Assembly: GCA_039683575.1 (NCBI GenBank)
Contig: JBDKRC010000348.1
Location: forward strand, 1 to 46,095
Reading direction: 5' to 3'
Length of the DNA stretch: 46,095 nt
From: Armatimonadia bacterium
Lineage (GTDB): Bacteria > Armatimonadota > Zipacnadia > Zipacnadales > UBA11051
Under the pieces are notes generated by a model, which saw only the letters and a list, made by a program, of their open reading frames with translations, was not told where the DNA came from and searched no databases. The translations under genes and the position numbers were made by a program. This document shows positions 7,915-18,602 of this stretch, in pieces. Every line of letters begins with the position of its first letter. Position 1 is the first letter of the stretch.

Positions 7915-10443
7915 TCAGAGTAGGCGGAGACAGCGCGAGAAGCCGTTCGGGTGTGGCGGCAATTGCGGGCCCGGGATGGGGGGCTCGTCGAGCTCTATGA
8001 CCTGGCGTGCAGGGGCTTCCCAGCCGCTCAGCCAGGCCTCCCATTGTAGCTGCTCCACTCCCTCGCCCGAGAGTTGGGCGGTGAGTGAGACACGACCGCC
8101 CGAGGGCAGACTGAAGATGTAGTCGTCACGCGTGCGCTCGCCCACCGGCTTCAGGAAGCGACGGGTCCCGTAACCATGCGTGCTCTTCCGATGAAGTCGC
8201 TGGGTGGGGATGACATGTTCTCCAGAACCGCCCTGGTAGCGGGAGGTGCTGCAGGTGAGGTTGAGGCAGTCGAGCACTTCCTGCGGGCCGCGCAGTGTGA
8301 TCAGCAGTTCGGGGCGCACCATGCGATAGGGAACCGTGACGTACCACTGCCGCGACACCGCCCCGCTTTCCACACTTTCCACAAGGTTGGCAGCCTCTAG
8401 TCTCGGCAGTTGCATGAGCGGGGCGACCGCCGGGCCGACGCGTCCGTCCAGGCGGCTGTTGCCCGGGAAGAGACAATCGTAGCCGCCGCCCGACCTGGGG
8501 CGTGTCATGAATTCGCTTCCAGGCAGCGCCGAGGGCTCGCTCAGGCCTGCGCGCGCCGCGTACACCAAGACCACTTCATGGCCGAGAAGAGTACAAGGTT
8601 CGCTGAGGCGTCCCCAATACGGGTACACTTGCCAGATGCTGGCGGGCTGGTAGCCGAGTAGGCCGGGGAGGCAAAGGCCAATGGTCTGCGGCTCAACAGA
8701 CGGGTTGCGCAGGACCAGCCACGCGCCATCGGCGGAGGGATTCAGGAAGCCATAGACTTCCCCGACTGCCGGGTCGCCGAGGACCATTCGGCCCTCGTCG
8801 GTGAGCAACTCCGGAGCGTGGTACCGCGCCCAGGCGAGCACCTGCCGCAGTTGGGCTGCTTGCCAGTCATCCAGGCTCTCCGGGTTGAGGAACAGTGTGA
8901 TATAGCTCGTGCCGCGCGTGAAGGTAAGCACGAGGTTGTCCAGCCAGGTATGGCGGTCCTCCTGGATGGGATTGCGCGGGGCTTGGGCGAACTCGTGGTT
9001 GTCGAAGGGGTCCAGCGGAACCGGGCTTTTGTCCGTCACAAGCACCTTGTGGTACATGGCGTCGCGATGGTTGATGGCGCGGTCGCGCTGAGTGCGGGCG
9101 GGAAGGCTGGAGTATTCGCAGTCACCGGAGGCCGGCAGCCAGAGGTGGCTGCCGTGGGCGAGCAGCCAGGGGCTGGGCCACCAGCCATCGCGGGTCACCA
9201 CGTTGGGATTCTCCGCAAGCATCCGGCCTTCGATGCGGGACCACGAGTTAAGGGTCTCTTCGCGGACGTGGTCGCGTGATGGATATCGCTCATCAAAAGC
9301 AGCATTGCTGGCGCACTCGTTGTCCCAGTCGATCTTGAAGTGCTTTGCCCCAATCTTGGCGACAAGTTGGACGAGGCGCTCCCCCAGATCATCCTCCCAC
9401 TGACGGTCGAGCATCACCAGGTAGTCATCGCCGCTGTACGAAGAGGCCTGCCCCTTGCCGACGGCGTACCCCCGTTCGGCAGCCCAGGCGGGGTCGAAGC
9501 CCATCGGGCCGTTGCGGCTAATCCACAGGGACAGCTCTACCCCCAGAGCCCGGACTTCCTCGGCAAGCTCGAGGAGAGCCATATCGTCGGGATCGTCCTT
9601 GAAGTGCAATATGGAGCGGCGATCGTTCCAGCCTGCGTCGAGGGTGAGCACATCGGGCACGATGCCGAGTTCCAGCATGGCGCGAAGGTATTGGCGGTAA
9701 CCGTCGAGCGAGACATCGTACTCCATGCTCCCGAGATATGGGTCAGACCAGAAGGTGCACAGGGAGACGAGGAACTGGTTGAGGCGGGGCAGGCGGATGG
9801 TGCGGATATAGGCATCGAGAGCGGCCCGGACGGTTTCGGAAGACGTGGCGGCACCGTAGATGATGGGTACGGTAGCGATCTGCCCATCGCGCCAGGTGGG
9901 GTGGTGGTAGGCCTCCAGGCTGCCGCGGCTGACCCTGGTAAAGGCGGCGGCATGTTCCATGGCCACAAACCAATCTGCTATGTACAAGGGGTAGCCGCAG
10001 CCTGGCATGGTACCAAAGGATGTTTCCTCACCCTCCTGGTCGGCTACTTCGCCAAAGTCCGGCAGTTGTGCCTCAAAGCCGGTTATGGTGACTTCATCGC
10101 GCTCGACCGGCTGGAGATCCACATAGACCCGCTCCGGGGTCTGCAGGTCGGCGCCCGTGATCTGGAGTGACTTGCGGAAGCCCTTGTCCCACAGCGAGTA
10201 CATGACGGCGACTTCCATGCCGGTGGGGCTGTGGGAGTACCGTAAGCCGAGAGAATCGAAGCCAATGGCCTCCTCTGCGGTCAGTTCACAGTTCTCGGCG
10301 GTGATACTGTGCTCCCCGACAACGAGGCGGAAGGCGGGCCAGCGGCATATACGTTCGGAGCCGCTGAGCAGGTTGCGGAGTTGAAGCTGTCCGTCACCGG
10401 CAAAATCGAGTTGGACGGACTGGTTGGTGAGTTGCTGGTTCAT
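7915..10443 (-). CDS. Putative clan GH-D (GH36/GH27-like) glycoside hydrolase
   Basis: TIM-barrel motifs LTLDAGW, LSLWIS and HFKIDWD (K-x-D nucleophile pattern). No signal peptide; 842 aa. Confidence 0.6.
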   Translation of the reverse strand: MNQQLTNQSVQLDFAGDGQLQLRNLLSGSERICRWPAFRLVVGEHSITAENCELTAEEAIGFDSLGLRYSHSPTGMEVAVMYSLWDKGFRKSLQITGADLQTPERVYVDLQPVERDEVTITGFEAQLPDFGEVADQEGEETSFGTMPGCGYPLYIADWFVAMEHAAAFTRVSRGSLEAYHHPTWRDGQIATVPIIYGAATSSETVRAALDAYIRTIRLPRLNQFLVSLCTFWSDPYLGSMEYDVSLDGYRQYLRAMLELGIVPDVLTLDAGWNDRRSILHFKDDPDDMALLELAEEVRALGVELSLWISRNGPMGFDPAWAAERGYAVGKGQASSYSGDDYLVMLDRQWEDDLGERLVQLVAKIGAKHFKIDWDNECASNAAFDERYPSRDHVREETLNSWSRIEGRMLAENPNVVTRDGWWPSPWLLAHGSHLWLPASGDCEYSSLPARTQRDRAINHRDAMYHKVLVTDKSPVPLDPFDNHEFAQAPRNPIQEDRHTWLDNLVLTFTRGTSYITLFLNPESLDDWQAAQLRQVLAWARYHAPELLTDEGRMVLGDPAVGEVYGFLNPSADGAWLVLRNPSVEPQTIGLCLPGLLGYQPASIWQVYPYWGRLSEPCTLLGHEVVLVYAARAGLSEPSALPGSEFMTRPRSGGGYDCLFPGNSRLDGRVGPAVAPLMQLPRLEAANLVESVESGAVSRQWYVTVPYRMVRPELLITLRGPQEVLDCLNLTCSTSRYQGGSGEHVIPTQRLHRKSTHGYGTRRFLKPVGERTRDDYIFSLPSGGRVSLTAQLSGEGVEQLQWEAWLSGWEAPARQVIELDEPPIPGPQLPPHPNGFSRCLRLL

Positions 10444-10591
10444 GAGCTGTGGGAGCCCCAGGGGCTTCTCCTTCGCGGTATCAAGGCGAGTTCACTTGTC
10501 TGTGGTCGGCACGGCTGTGGACCGGGTTGGGTCCTGTCCTCACTGGCCCTTCCCCGGACCGACGGCCAGACATTGTAGCTAAGTAGCCACC

Positions 10592-13303
10592 TCAGCGCTC
10601 GGCGGCTGCCGCGAGCGGGATGACGAACGTGTTCGGCCCGGTGAACTTCCGCTGGGGGAAACAGACCTCTTCGGTCACGCCGCCCTGCACCCGCAGGCCA
10701 TGATCCGTACCCAGCACGATTACCGACTTGCCGTCCCGCTTCTCAACATGATCGATCGGGTATCCGTGGGTGAAACCGCCGCCGTGGGTGACGATCATCC
10801 AGACACCGCGTAGGGCCTCACCTGCGGGGATATCAGCGGTAGTAACAAAGGCGTCGTCCCCAGCCCCTTCGACCTTCCGCGAAGCCCCCTCAATGCTTCC
10901 CTGATACCGCGTCTGCTTCTGTGCCAGCTTCATCTCCCCGTCAGCCAGCCGCTCGCCGTCGAACAGCCACAGCCCCCGGGGCTGGCCGTTTACTCGCCGG
11001 ATGATGCCGAGGCCCCCTTGCAGTACCACCCCGTCCGCAGTCCTGCATTCGCCGGCAGGCTGCTGTGGCATACTCAATATAATGTCCTCGGTTTGTCCGT
11101 GACGGACGCGGAGCCCCACCGCCCCGGGCGGCGCCTCGGTGAGTGAAAGCCGTTCCACGCTCTGAATGAAGGTCTCTCCGGCGAAGGGCTCAAGGACGGC
11201 AGCGAAGACGGAGTCGAGCGGACCAGCGTCCGTTTGCCGCCGCATCATCAGGTGCGGCATCCAATAGTCGTAGATCTTGCGGTTATCAGCCTGGTTGCCA
11301 CGGCCAGTACGGCGCACCGAAGGGCTGCGGCCCAGGTAGACACTCACCGGCGAGGGCGGCAGGACGTGCAGGCGCACCCCTCGCGTCGTCTCCGCCGCAT
11401 AGCGGAAGGTGGCGAGGAAGCCGGTTTCAGCTGAGGCCGTCCGCAGATCACGCAGCATGGCGTATGATTTCGAAGGCTGAATCGACGAGATGGCCGCTGG
11501 CGGGGCCGTGAGGCTGTTCGGGTTATCCGTCAGCGGCAAGTTGACCTCGGCGGTCATGTCTTCATCCGCATCGCCATGCATGAGCCAGTCGTGGACTTTT
11601 CCCCCGCGGACGCGGAAGATGTCCACCACATACGCGTCTTGATCGGACACGGGGATTAGCACAAGCAGCCGGCGATACGTATCCAGGCCCTGGATCCGGC
11701 TGTAACCCCGCCGGCCGTCAGCTTCTACAGCACTGACGCCCTTGGTGCCGGGGAAGAACGAGACGAGGTCGCCATCCGACGGACTCCCGCCCTGGTCCTG
11801 ACAGTCGACGGCAACCAGGTTATGACTGATGGTACTGCCGCACCACGGCCGGATGTCGGACCATGTATAACCGATGTCCGATAGCATCTCCCGCTTCTTG
11901 GCCCATAGCTGTAAGCTCAGGTTGTCCAGATGATTGTGACCGTAGCCGCCGGAGAAGTGCAGCAGGGCCTGCATCTGGTGGTCGCCCGCGCCACGCCCCA
12001 GCGAGGCCTGGCCGAACCCCGGAAGAAGCGCGGACTGCGTGCTCTCCCGAGGCGCCGAACGGCTCTCCTGTGGCCAGGTGTCGTGCACCGGGGGAGACCA
12101 ACCGGTCGGGAAGTCCACCACCTCCGGCGCGTGCTGCACGCGTGCCCAGAACGCCAGCTCTTTGTCCGGATCCAGCTGCTTGAAGTGCCGGCCATCGGTG
12201 GGATCGGTGTAGCCCTGTGGATCGGAGTAGCCACGGACTGCGCCAAAGCAGCTGTTGAGGCCGCCCGTTGTCATGTAATGGTATGAGGCCGACTCGTGCC
12301 ACATGCCGTCGTAGAAGCAGCCAGCGTTGACGTTTGCAGCGATCCAGCCAAAGGCCCAGTGTACCCAGGAGGGCTCATTCAGGACGCGCCCCATCTTCGC
12401 AGCGGTGCCCAGATAGGCGACGTAGTTGTCGATGTGCTTGGGGTTGGCCCGGACCGCCTCGAAGATGGGAGTGAAGAAGTCCTGTTCGATGCGTTCGCGG
12501 ACGTCATAGCCGCGTTCCGTAGAGAGACGGTCCAATTCGGGGCTGGCGTAGATCATGTCGTAGACTTCGATGGCCCCGGACGGTAGTTCACCTCCGGGGT
12601 AGTGCCAACCCCACTTCCCGGCGTCCCAGGTGTATGGAGGCTTCTGGGAAGCCGCGAAGCGGAAATACCGATTGGGGATGCCGCCCACCTGGATCACCGG
12701 GAGGTGAGGGTACACCTGGGCCATGCGGTCGAGGATCAGGGCGGCCCGCCGTGCGTACTCCGCCTTACCGGTGGCGAGATAAGCGCGCCCCAGGGCGGCG
12801 GCCTGTTGGTGGATCCAGTCCCGTTTGTACATGGCCACGTTGAGGGAGAAGAAGTGCTGGGTCTGGTGTTTCTCGTCGTAGTAGTACGGGTACTTTACCG
12901 TCTCCCCCAGTGCATTCGTTCCTTCGAGCACCTCCGTCTCCCGGTACTTGCCATCCGGACGCCACACCAAGCCGCAGTAGCGGCACTTGAGCTCTTCCGG
13001 GCGGTCCACACTCCAGGCAAAGACCATGTCCGCATCCACCCCGCCGAAGCACTCGGGGCAGTTACAGAAACGCGTGAAATGCTCCTCCGGGACGAAGCCC
13101 AGCACCTGCGCCTCGGTCATCGCCATCACCTGAGCCGCGGCGCGCTCATAATCGGCAGCTTTGGCCGGGTCGATCCGGTGGTCTAGCACAGGGTGTTTGA
13201 GCCCCACAGCTCGGCCGCCAGCCCAAGCGGGAACTGCGAGGCACAACAGGCAGTTCAGCAGGATGACTACCAGCGTCAGACGTTCCGCCGTCAGTTGAAG
13301 CAT
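10592..13303 (-). CDS. Heparinase II/III-like polysaccharide lyase, secreted
   Basis: Signal peptide; DGMWHESASYH, GHNHLDNLSLQLWA, DIGY, STISHNLVAVD and YVVDIFRVRGG motifs. N-terminal CxxC...CxxC. Confidence 0.85.
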   Translation of the reverse strand: MLQLTAERLTLVVILLNCLLCLAVPAWAGGRAVGLKHPVLDHRIDPAKAADYERAAAQVMAMTEAQVLGFVPEEHFTRFCNCPECFGGVDADMVFAWSVDRPEELKCRYCGLVWRPDGKYRETEVLEGTNALGETVKYPYYYDEKHQTQHFFSLNVAMYKRDWIHQQAAALGRAYLATGKAEYARRAALILDRMAQVYPHLPVIQVGGIPNRYFRFAASQKPPYTWDAGKWGWHYPGGELPSGAIEVYDMIYASPELDRLSTERGYDVRERIEQDFFTPIFEAVRANPKHIDNYVAYLGTAAKMGRVLNEPSWVHWAFGWIAANVNAGCFYDGMWHESASYHYMTTGGLNSCFGAVRGYSDPQGYTDPTDGRHFKQLDPDKELAFWARVQHAPEVVDFPTGWSPPVHDTWPQESRSAPRESTQSALLPGFGQASLGRGAGDHQMQALLHFSGGYGHNHLDNLSLQLWAKKREMLSDIGYTWSDIRPWCGSTISHNLVAVDCQDQGGSPSDGDLVSFFPGTKGVSAVEADGRRGYSRIQGLDTYRRLLVLIPVSDQDAYVVDIFRVRGGKVHDWLMHGDADEDMTAEVNLPLTDNPNSLTAPPAAISSIQPSKSYAMLRDLRTASAETGFLATFRYAAETTRGVRLHVLPPSPVSVYLGRSPSVRRTGRGNQADNRKIYDYWMPHLMMRRQTDAGPLDSVFAAVLEPFAGETFIQSVERLSLTEAPPGAVGLRVRHGQTEDIILSMPQQPAGECRTADGVVLQGGLGIIRRVNGQPRGLWLFDGERLADGEMKLAQKQTRYQGSIEGASRKVEGAGDDAFVTTADIPAGEALRGVWMIVTHGGGFTHGYPIDHVEKRDGKSVIVLGTDHGLRVQGGVTEEVCFPQRKFTGPNTFVIPLAAAAER

Positions 13304-13425
13304 CAGGTATCAATCCCTGCCATCTCAGCAGTGCCGTCACGTCTTCTCCAGGCGCCAAAAGGCGTATGCCCGCGAGTAGCGTGCAGTCTGGAGTGAGCAG
13401 TATTCACGCGGTTCTTAAATAGCTT

Positions 13426-14709
13426 CTACCCTCTGAGCCCTTCCAGCAGCCCCACCGCGGTCTCCACGATGCTCTCGCCGAAGCCCGGCACATAGGGGCT
13501 GGAATTGGGCTCGTAGGCGCCGTCCTCGAACGCCCGGAGGCTGGGAATGTAACCTACCCAGTCGTTGGCCAGTTCCAGAACCATCGTCTGCGCGAAGGGC
13601 GAGCGGCGCTTGATCTCCAGGCCAAGTTCGGCGAAGAATTCGCCCGGCACGCCCACGAGCGCGAGGTCGCCGATGCGGAGGGCCTGCACGACCGTGTCAC
13701 GGGCCGTCGGCGGGTTCTCGGCAAAGCGCCTGACCCGGCGCTGGAATGACCTCTCGCCCATGAGCACTGGCTTCCCGGCGGCAAGCCGATCCTCAATCTC
13801 CTGGGCCTGCGCGAGGTCCTCCGCGGTGGCTGGGGGGCGGGGGGAGAGCGTCAATTCGCCGAGCGCACTGCCCAGCGGGGCTTCCTCGACAAAGTCAGCC
13901 TCGTTCCACGCCCACAGGGCATTGGCGGCCACCAGCGCGGCCGCGCGCTCGCAGTGCTGGTAGTGGTCGTTGCGGTTCGAGACGCGCCCCATCACGTTGA
14001 TATTGTTGATATCTCCCGAAGCCCCATTCGATAGTGCCGCAACGAAGCGCTGCCCGCGAAGTTGTTGGATCAGCGTAGAGAAGAACCCGTAGTAGTCCGC
14101 AGAGAGGGCGCTGAAGTCGTCGGGGATCCCAACGTAGTGCAGGGCGTAGTTGCTCAGCAGGCCGAGGGTCTGGCCCTCGCCCCGGCGCAGGACCATCACG
14201 CCGACTTCGGGGTCCGTGGGGCCCGCGGGCTCGACCACGTCGGGGTTGCCGACCCCGGGATTTGTCTGCACGGACCCGTCAGCCATGCGGTACCGACGGT
14301 TGAAGACCAGACGCTCCTCCGCCGTGCGCGCCCACCCGACCTGTGCGGGCTCCCGCGCCTGCCAGGCGATTCGCACACCGTCTGCGATGCGTGCCCAGAG
14401 CCATTCCGTGTACGCGTCGTCGCCCGTCTGCGGCCCGGTGTGGGTATGGGTGCAGGAGATGAGCACCTGGTCAGGCCGCAGTCCCGTGGTCTCGCTGATC
14501 CGGGCCTTCGCCTGGTCGAGGTACTTGCGCTCGATCCCAATCACATCGCAGACCGCGACCGCGACCGCGGCACCGGAGTCTTCGAGGGCAAAGCTGCGGA
14601 CGTAGAGCGGGTCGTGGACAGTGCTCGCGGTGCGCTCCTCGAAGTAGCCCCTCATGTGGGTCCCCAGGGGCGGAGTGATATCCAGTTGCGATACGCCAGC
14701 CGTCAACAT
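13426..14709 (-). CDS. Neutral/alkaline ceramidase-like amidohydrolase
   Basis: LDITPP, HDPLYVR, HTHTGP, NYALH, GASGDIN, GVPGEFFAE and LANDWVGYIP motifs. RBS GAGG precedes ATG 14709. Confidence 0.8.
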   Translation of the reverse strand: MLTAGVSQLDITPPLGTHMRGYFEERTASTVHDPLYVRSFALEDSGAAVAVAVCDVIGIERKYLDQAKARISETTGLRPDQVLISCTHTHTGPQTGDDAYTEWLWARIADGVRIAWQAREPAQVGWARTAEERLVFNRRYRMADGSVQTNPGVGNPDVVEPAGPTDPEVGVMVLRRGEGQTLGLLSNYALHYVGIPDDFSALSADYYGFFSTLIQQLRGQRFVAALSNGASGDINNINVMGRVSNRNDHYQHCERAAALVAANALWAWNEADFVEEAPLGSALGELTLSPRPPATAEDLAQAQEIEDRLAAGKPVLMGERSFQRRVRRFAENPPTARDTVVQALRIGDLALVGVPGEFFAELGLEIKRRSPFAQTMVLELANDWVGYIPSLRAFEDGAYEPNSSPYVPGFGESIVETAVGLLEGLRG

Positions 14710-14759
14710 GTGATCACCTCTCGTATCAGACCGTAGTTCTCGACATCCCGCCAGGCTTG

Positions 14760-15695
<936 letters not shown>

Positions 15696-15808
15696 GGCTA
15701 ATCTCCCTACAATCCAGGCAGTCAGCAGCCTGCCCCAGAGCCGGTCCCTACGAAAGAAGCGCCATCGCCCCTCCCCTTTGGGTGTTTGGATGGCTTCCCG
15801 CCGGCCCG

Positions 15809-17068
15809 CTATCCGGCTTCGCGGATGCGCTCGACAGCGTCTATGATCGCCGCGGCGATGTAGGCGTTGTCGTCGGCCGTCATCAAGGGGTGCATCCCAG
15901 GGCAGAACAGGCGGCGCCCAATGTCTTCTGAGACCGGCAGGATCTGCCCGGCGGTGTGCCGGCGCAGATACGGGTTGGCCAGGTATCCGGGCGGGTTCGC
16001 GACGACCGACGTCACTCCATACTCCTCACGCAGCATCTTCATCAGCAGATCGCGCTTCTCGCCAGCCCACTCGGGGCACACCAGTATCGAGTAGAGGTAG
16101 TAAACCGGGCTGTGGTCCGGGGAGGTGTAGGGGAGCTGCAGCTCGGGTATGCCCGAGAGCATCTCCGTCCGCGCCTCGGCCAACGCCACGCGGGCGGCGA
16201 TCATCTCATCGAGACGGCCCAACTGGACTATCCCAACGGCAGCCTGCACCTTCGTCATCTTGTAGTTCGATCCCCAACCCCACCGCGGCTCGAACACACT
16301 GTCCTGATCGTAAGGGTTGCCCTCCAGGTCCGCGAGGCCGCTGCCCCACTGGCGGAGGCCCCGCAGCCGCCGTGCGGCCTCCGGATCGTCAGTGGTGATC
16401 ATCCCGCCCTCGCCGAGGGTCGTCATCATCTTCATGGTATGGAAGCTGTGGACCGTCATCCAGCCCCGCTTGCCTACGCGTGTGCCCTTGTACCCGGCCC
16501 CGCCGGCACGTGCCGCGTCGCCGATGATCTTCAGCGGACCGTACTTCGGGTGTGGATGCGCCTGACATAGCGCCTCAAGCTCATCCATCGGCGCGCTCAA
16601 GCCGTTCATGTGCGTGGCCAGGATCGCCCGCGTGTTGGGCGTCAGGCGCTTCTCGATGTCGGCAGGGTCAACACACAGGGTCCGCGGGTCCGCCTCGCAG
16701 AGCACGAGTTTGGCACCCTGTCCGAGGATCGAATACAGCGCCCCGGGGAAGTTGGTGATGGGGGCGATGACTTCGTCCTCGGGCCCGAGGTCCAGGCACA
16801 TCATGGCCATGTCCAGCCCCGACCCGGCGGAGGTAATCGAGATCGCGAACTCGGTGCCGCAGAACTCCGCGAATCTCCGCTCGAACTCCACAATCTCCTC
16901 GCAGATGAACCCAAAGCCGGTCGCCGGGTTCATGGAGTTCTTGACGCAGTTTATGATCGCGTCGAACTCCGCGTCGGTGTACCAGCTACCGAGGCCGGGC
17001 TCGCCGCCCCACATAGCGCTGAGTGCGCGTCGTTTGAGAATCTCCTGGCGCTGCTCTTTATCGAACAT
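15809..17068 (-). CDS. DegT/DnrJ/EryC1/StrS family PLP-dependent aminotransferase
   Basis: FERRFAEF, IIGDAA, PLP-lysine motif SFHTMKMMTTLGEGG and GSNYKM. Confidence 0.9.
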   Translation of the reverse strand: MFDKEQRQEILKRRALSAMWGGEPGLGSWYTDAEFDAIINCVKNSMNPATGFGFICEEIVEFERRFAEFCGTEFAISITSAGSGLDMAMMCLDLGPEDEVIAPITNFPGALYSILGQGAKLVLCEADPRTLCVDPADIEKRLTPNTRAILATHMNGLSAPMDELEALCQAHPHPKYGPLKIIGDAARAGGAGYKGTRVGKRGWMTVHSFHTMKMMTTLGEGGMITTDDPEAARRLRGLRQWGSGLADLEGNPYDQDSVFEPRWGWGSNYKMTKVQAAVGIVQLGRLDEMIAARVALAEARTEMLSGIPELQLPYTSPDHSPVYYLYSILVCPEWAGEKRDLLMKMLREEYGVTSVVANPPGYLANPYLRRHTAGQILPVSEDIGRRLFCPGMHPLMTADDNAYIAAAIIDAVERIREAG

Positions 17069-17131
17069 TGTAATCCACTGCTCCTTGATGATCTGTCAAA
17101 TGGCCTGGCCTCACGAGAGGCGGTTGTGTCT

Positions 17132-18208
17132 CTATTTGCCCACCAGCGGCCGCAGAGCCTTCGTGAAGACCTCCGCCTGGTATATGAACCCCAGGTCCGT
17201 GGGATGGCAGCCGTCGACCGTGCCCTGGTCATCCGGGCCCATCATGCCCTCCGCGGAAAGGAAGTACAGCCCCGTGACGCCCTCTTGCTTGAGTTGGTCG
17301 AAAATCTCCCTCAGGAGCTTGCCCTTCGGGGTGGGAATCTGGTTACGAATGGTGCAGTCCTCGGCCAGAAGTATGGGCGTCTGGGGGTGGGCGGCCCGCA
17401 GCTTGCGCACACACGGCGCGAGGCGTTCTTGTACCATCTCCGCTGTCATGTTCCAGAGCGCGTCGAGGACATAGACCGACGGGTCCAGCTCGGCGAGCAA
17501 GTCCGCCATCTCCGGCTCGCTCTGGCCATTGCCGGAGAAGCCGAGGTTGATGATCGGCAAGTCGAGCGCGCGGCCGACGATTGCGGGGTAGGCCATACCG
17601 GGGCGGGAGGCGCACCCTCCCTGAGTGATCGAAGTACCGTAGAAGACTATCGGCTTGCCCCGGCTGCTCTCATCGATCTTCCCGATGAACTTGCCCTCCG
17701 GCACGCCGAGAGACACTGAATTCACGCCATTGTACAGGGGCAGGTAGAGAGCGAACTCACTGCGGCCGGCGGTGCTGAAGGTGGCCTCGTTGGCCTGCTT
17801 CGTTACGCGCCCAGTGGCGATGAAACGCCAGCCGGAGGCCTCCCTGGCGTACAGATCGACGCCGCTCACTCCCGTGGCAGGCATGTGGTCCATGGCCAGG
17901 TTCGGCTTGCGCAGCTCCCACTTCACATGGAGCGTGGGGGCATCGGTACGCAGGCGCACGCAGTAGCCAGAGCTGTCGAGGCTCAAGTCCCATACCGGGG
18001 GGCGCACGACGCCTTTGGCCTTCGCCGGCAGGCGATCATAGAAGCCCGCGGTGTCAGCCCAGCCCTTGCCCTCGATGGTGAGGTCGCGGGCATCGATCCA
18101 GGTCAGCGCAGGCTCCTGGGCGTCGGCGCTCCTGGGTGTGAGACACAGCAGGCCGGCTACGATGGCGAGCAAGCCCAGCAAACCAAGAAAACCTATCATT
18201 TCGGACAT
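17132..18208 (-). CDS. SGNH/GDSL esterase with N-terminal GxDLY domain, secreted
   Basis: Signal peptide; SGVDLY, FYGTSITQG, NLGFSGNG and TVDGCHP motifs. Confidence 0.9.
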   Translation of the reverse strand: MSEMIGFLGLLGLLAIVAGLLCLTPRSADAQEPALTWIDARDLTIEGKGWADTAGFYDRLPAKAKGVVRPPVWDLSLDSSGYCVRLRTDAPTLHVKWELRKPNLAMDHMPATGVSGVDLYAREASGWRFIATGRVTKQANEATFSTAGRSEFALYLPLYNGVNSVSLGVPEGKFIGKIDESSRGKPIVFYGTSITQGGCASRPGMAYPAIVGRALDLPIINLGFSGNGQSEPEMADLLAELDPSVYVLDALWNMTAEMVQERLAPCVRKLRAAHPQTPILLAEDCTIRNQIPTPKGKLLREIFDQLKQEGVTGLYFLSAEGMMGPDDQGTVDGCHPTDLGFIYQAEVFTKALRPLVGK

Positions 18209-18363
18209 CGGGGTACCTTTCTATGCCGTCGGCCTGAAAGAGCTGCCACCGCGCCTGTTGGCTGACGGCCTGGTAATGGCAGGGGCAGCAGATCACTGAT
18301 ACGCCCATCTTCTTCATCGCGCCGCAACGACCTTCTGGGGCAGCGGGCGCGGCACTGCATTGG

Positions 18364-18391
18364 GGCAGGAATGTGCGCCGCCGGCCACGAA
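18364..18391 (+). promoter_or_regulatory. GGCAGGA-N18-GAA promoter-like motif
   Basis: ggcAGGA atgtgcgccgccggccac GAA, oriented toward the gene at 18603. Confidence 0.4.
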
Positions 18392-18487
18392 GGCGGCTAC
18401 ATCATCTGCACAGCGCACAACCTCCAGCCGGACACGCCGCTCGAGAATGCGCTGGCATTGTTCGAGGCGTACGAGGAGTACGGTTAG
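18371..18487 (+). pseudogene. C-terminal stub of a uroporphyrinogen decarboxylase (UroD/MtbA) family gene
   Basis: Reads ...EGGYIICTAHNLQPDTPLENALALFEAYEEYG*, the typical last beta-strand and helix of this family. The rest of the gene is absent. Confidence 0.75.
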
Positions 18488-18602
18488 GGCGCGCCAAGCG
18501 GAGCGCCGGGGGGACTGAGTTCAAATGCGCCCGCAGACCGTCACCATACCTCGCATTTCAGGGCGTGAAGCTGCTTACATTCCACGACCGAGGGTGACCA
18601 CG

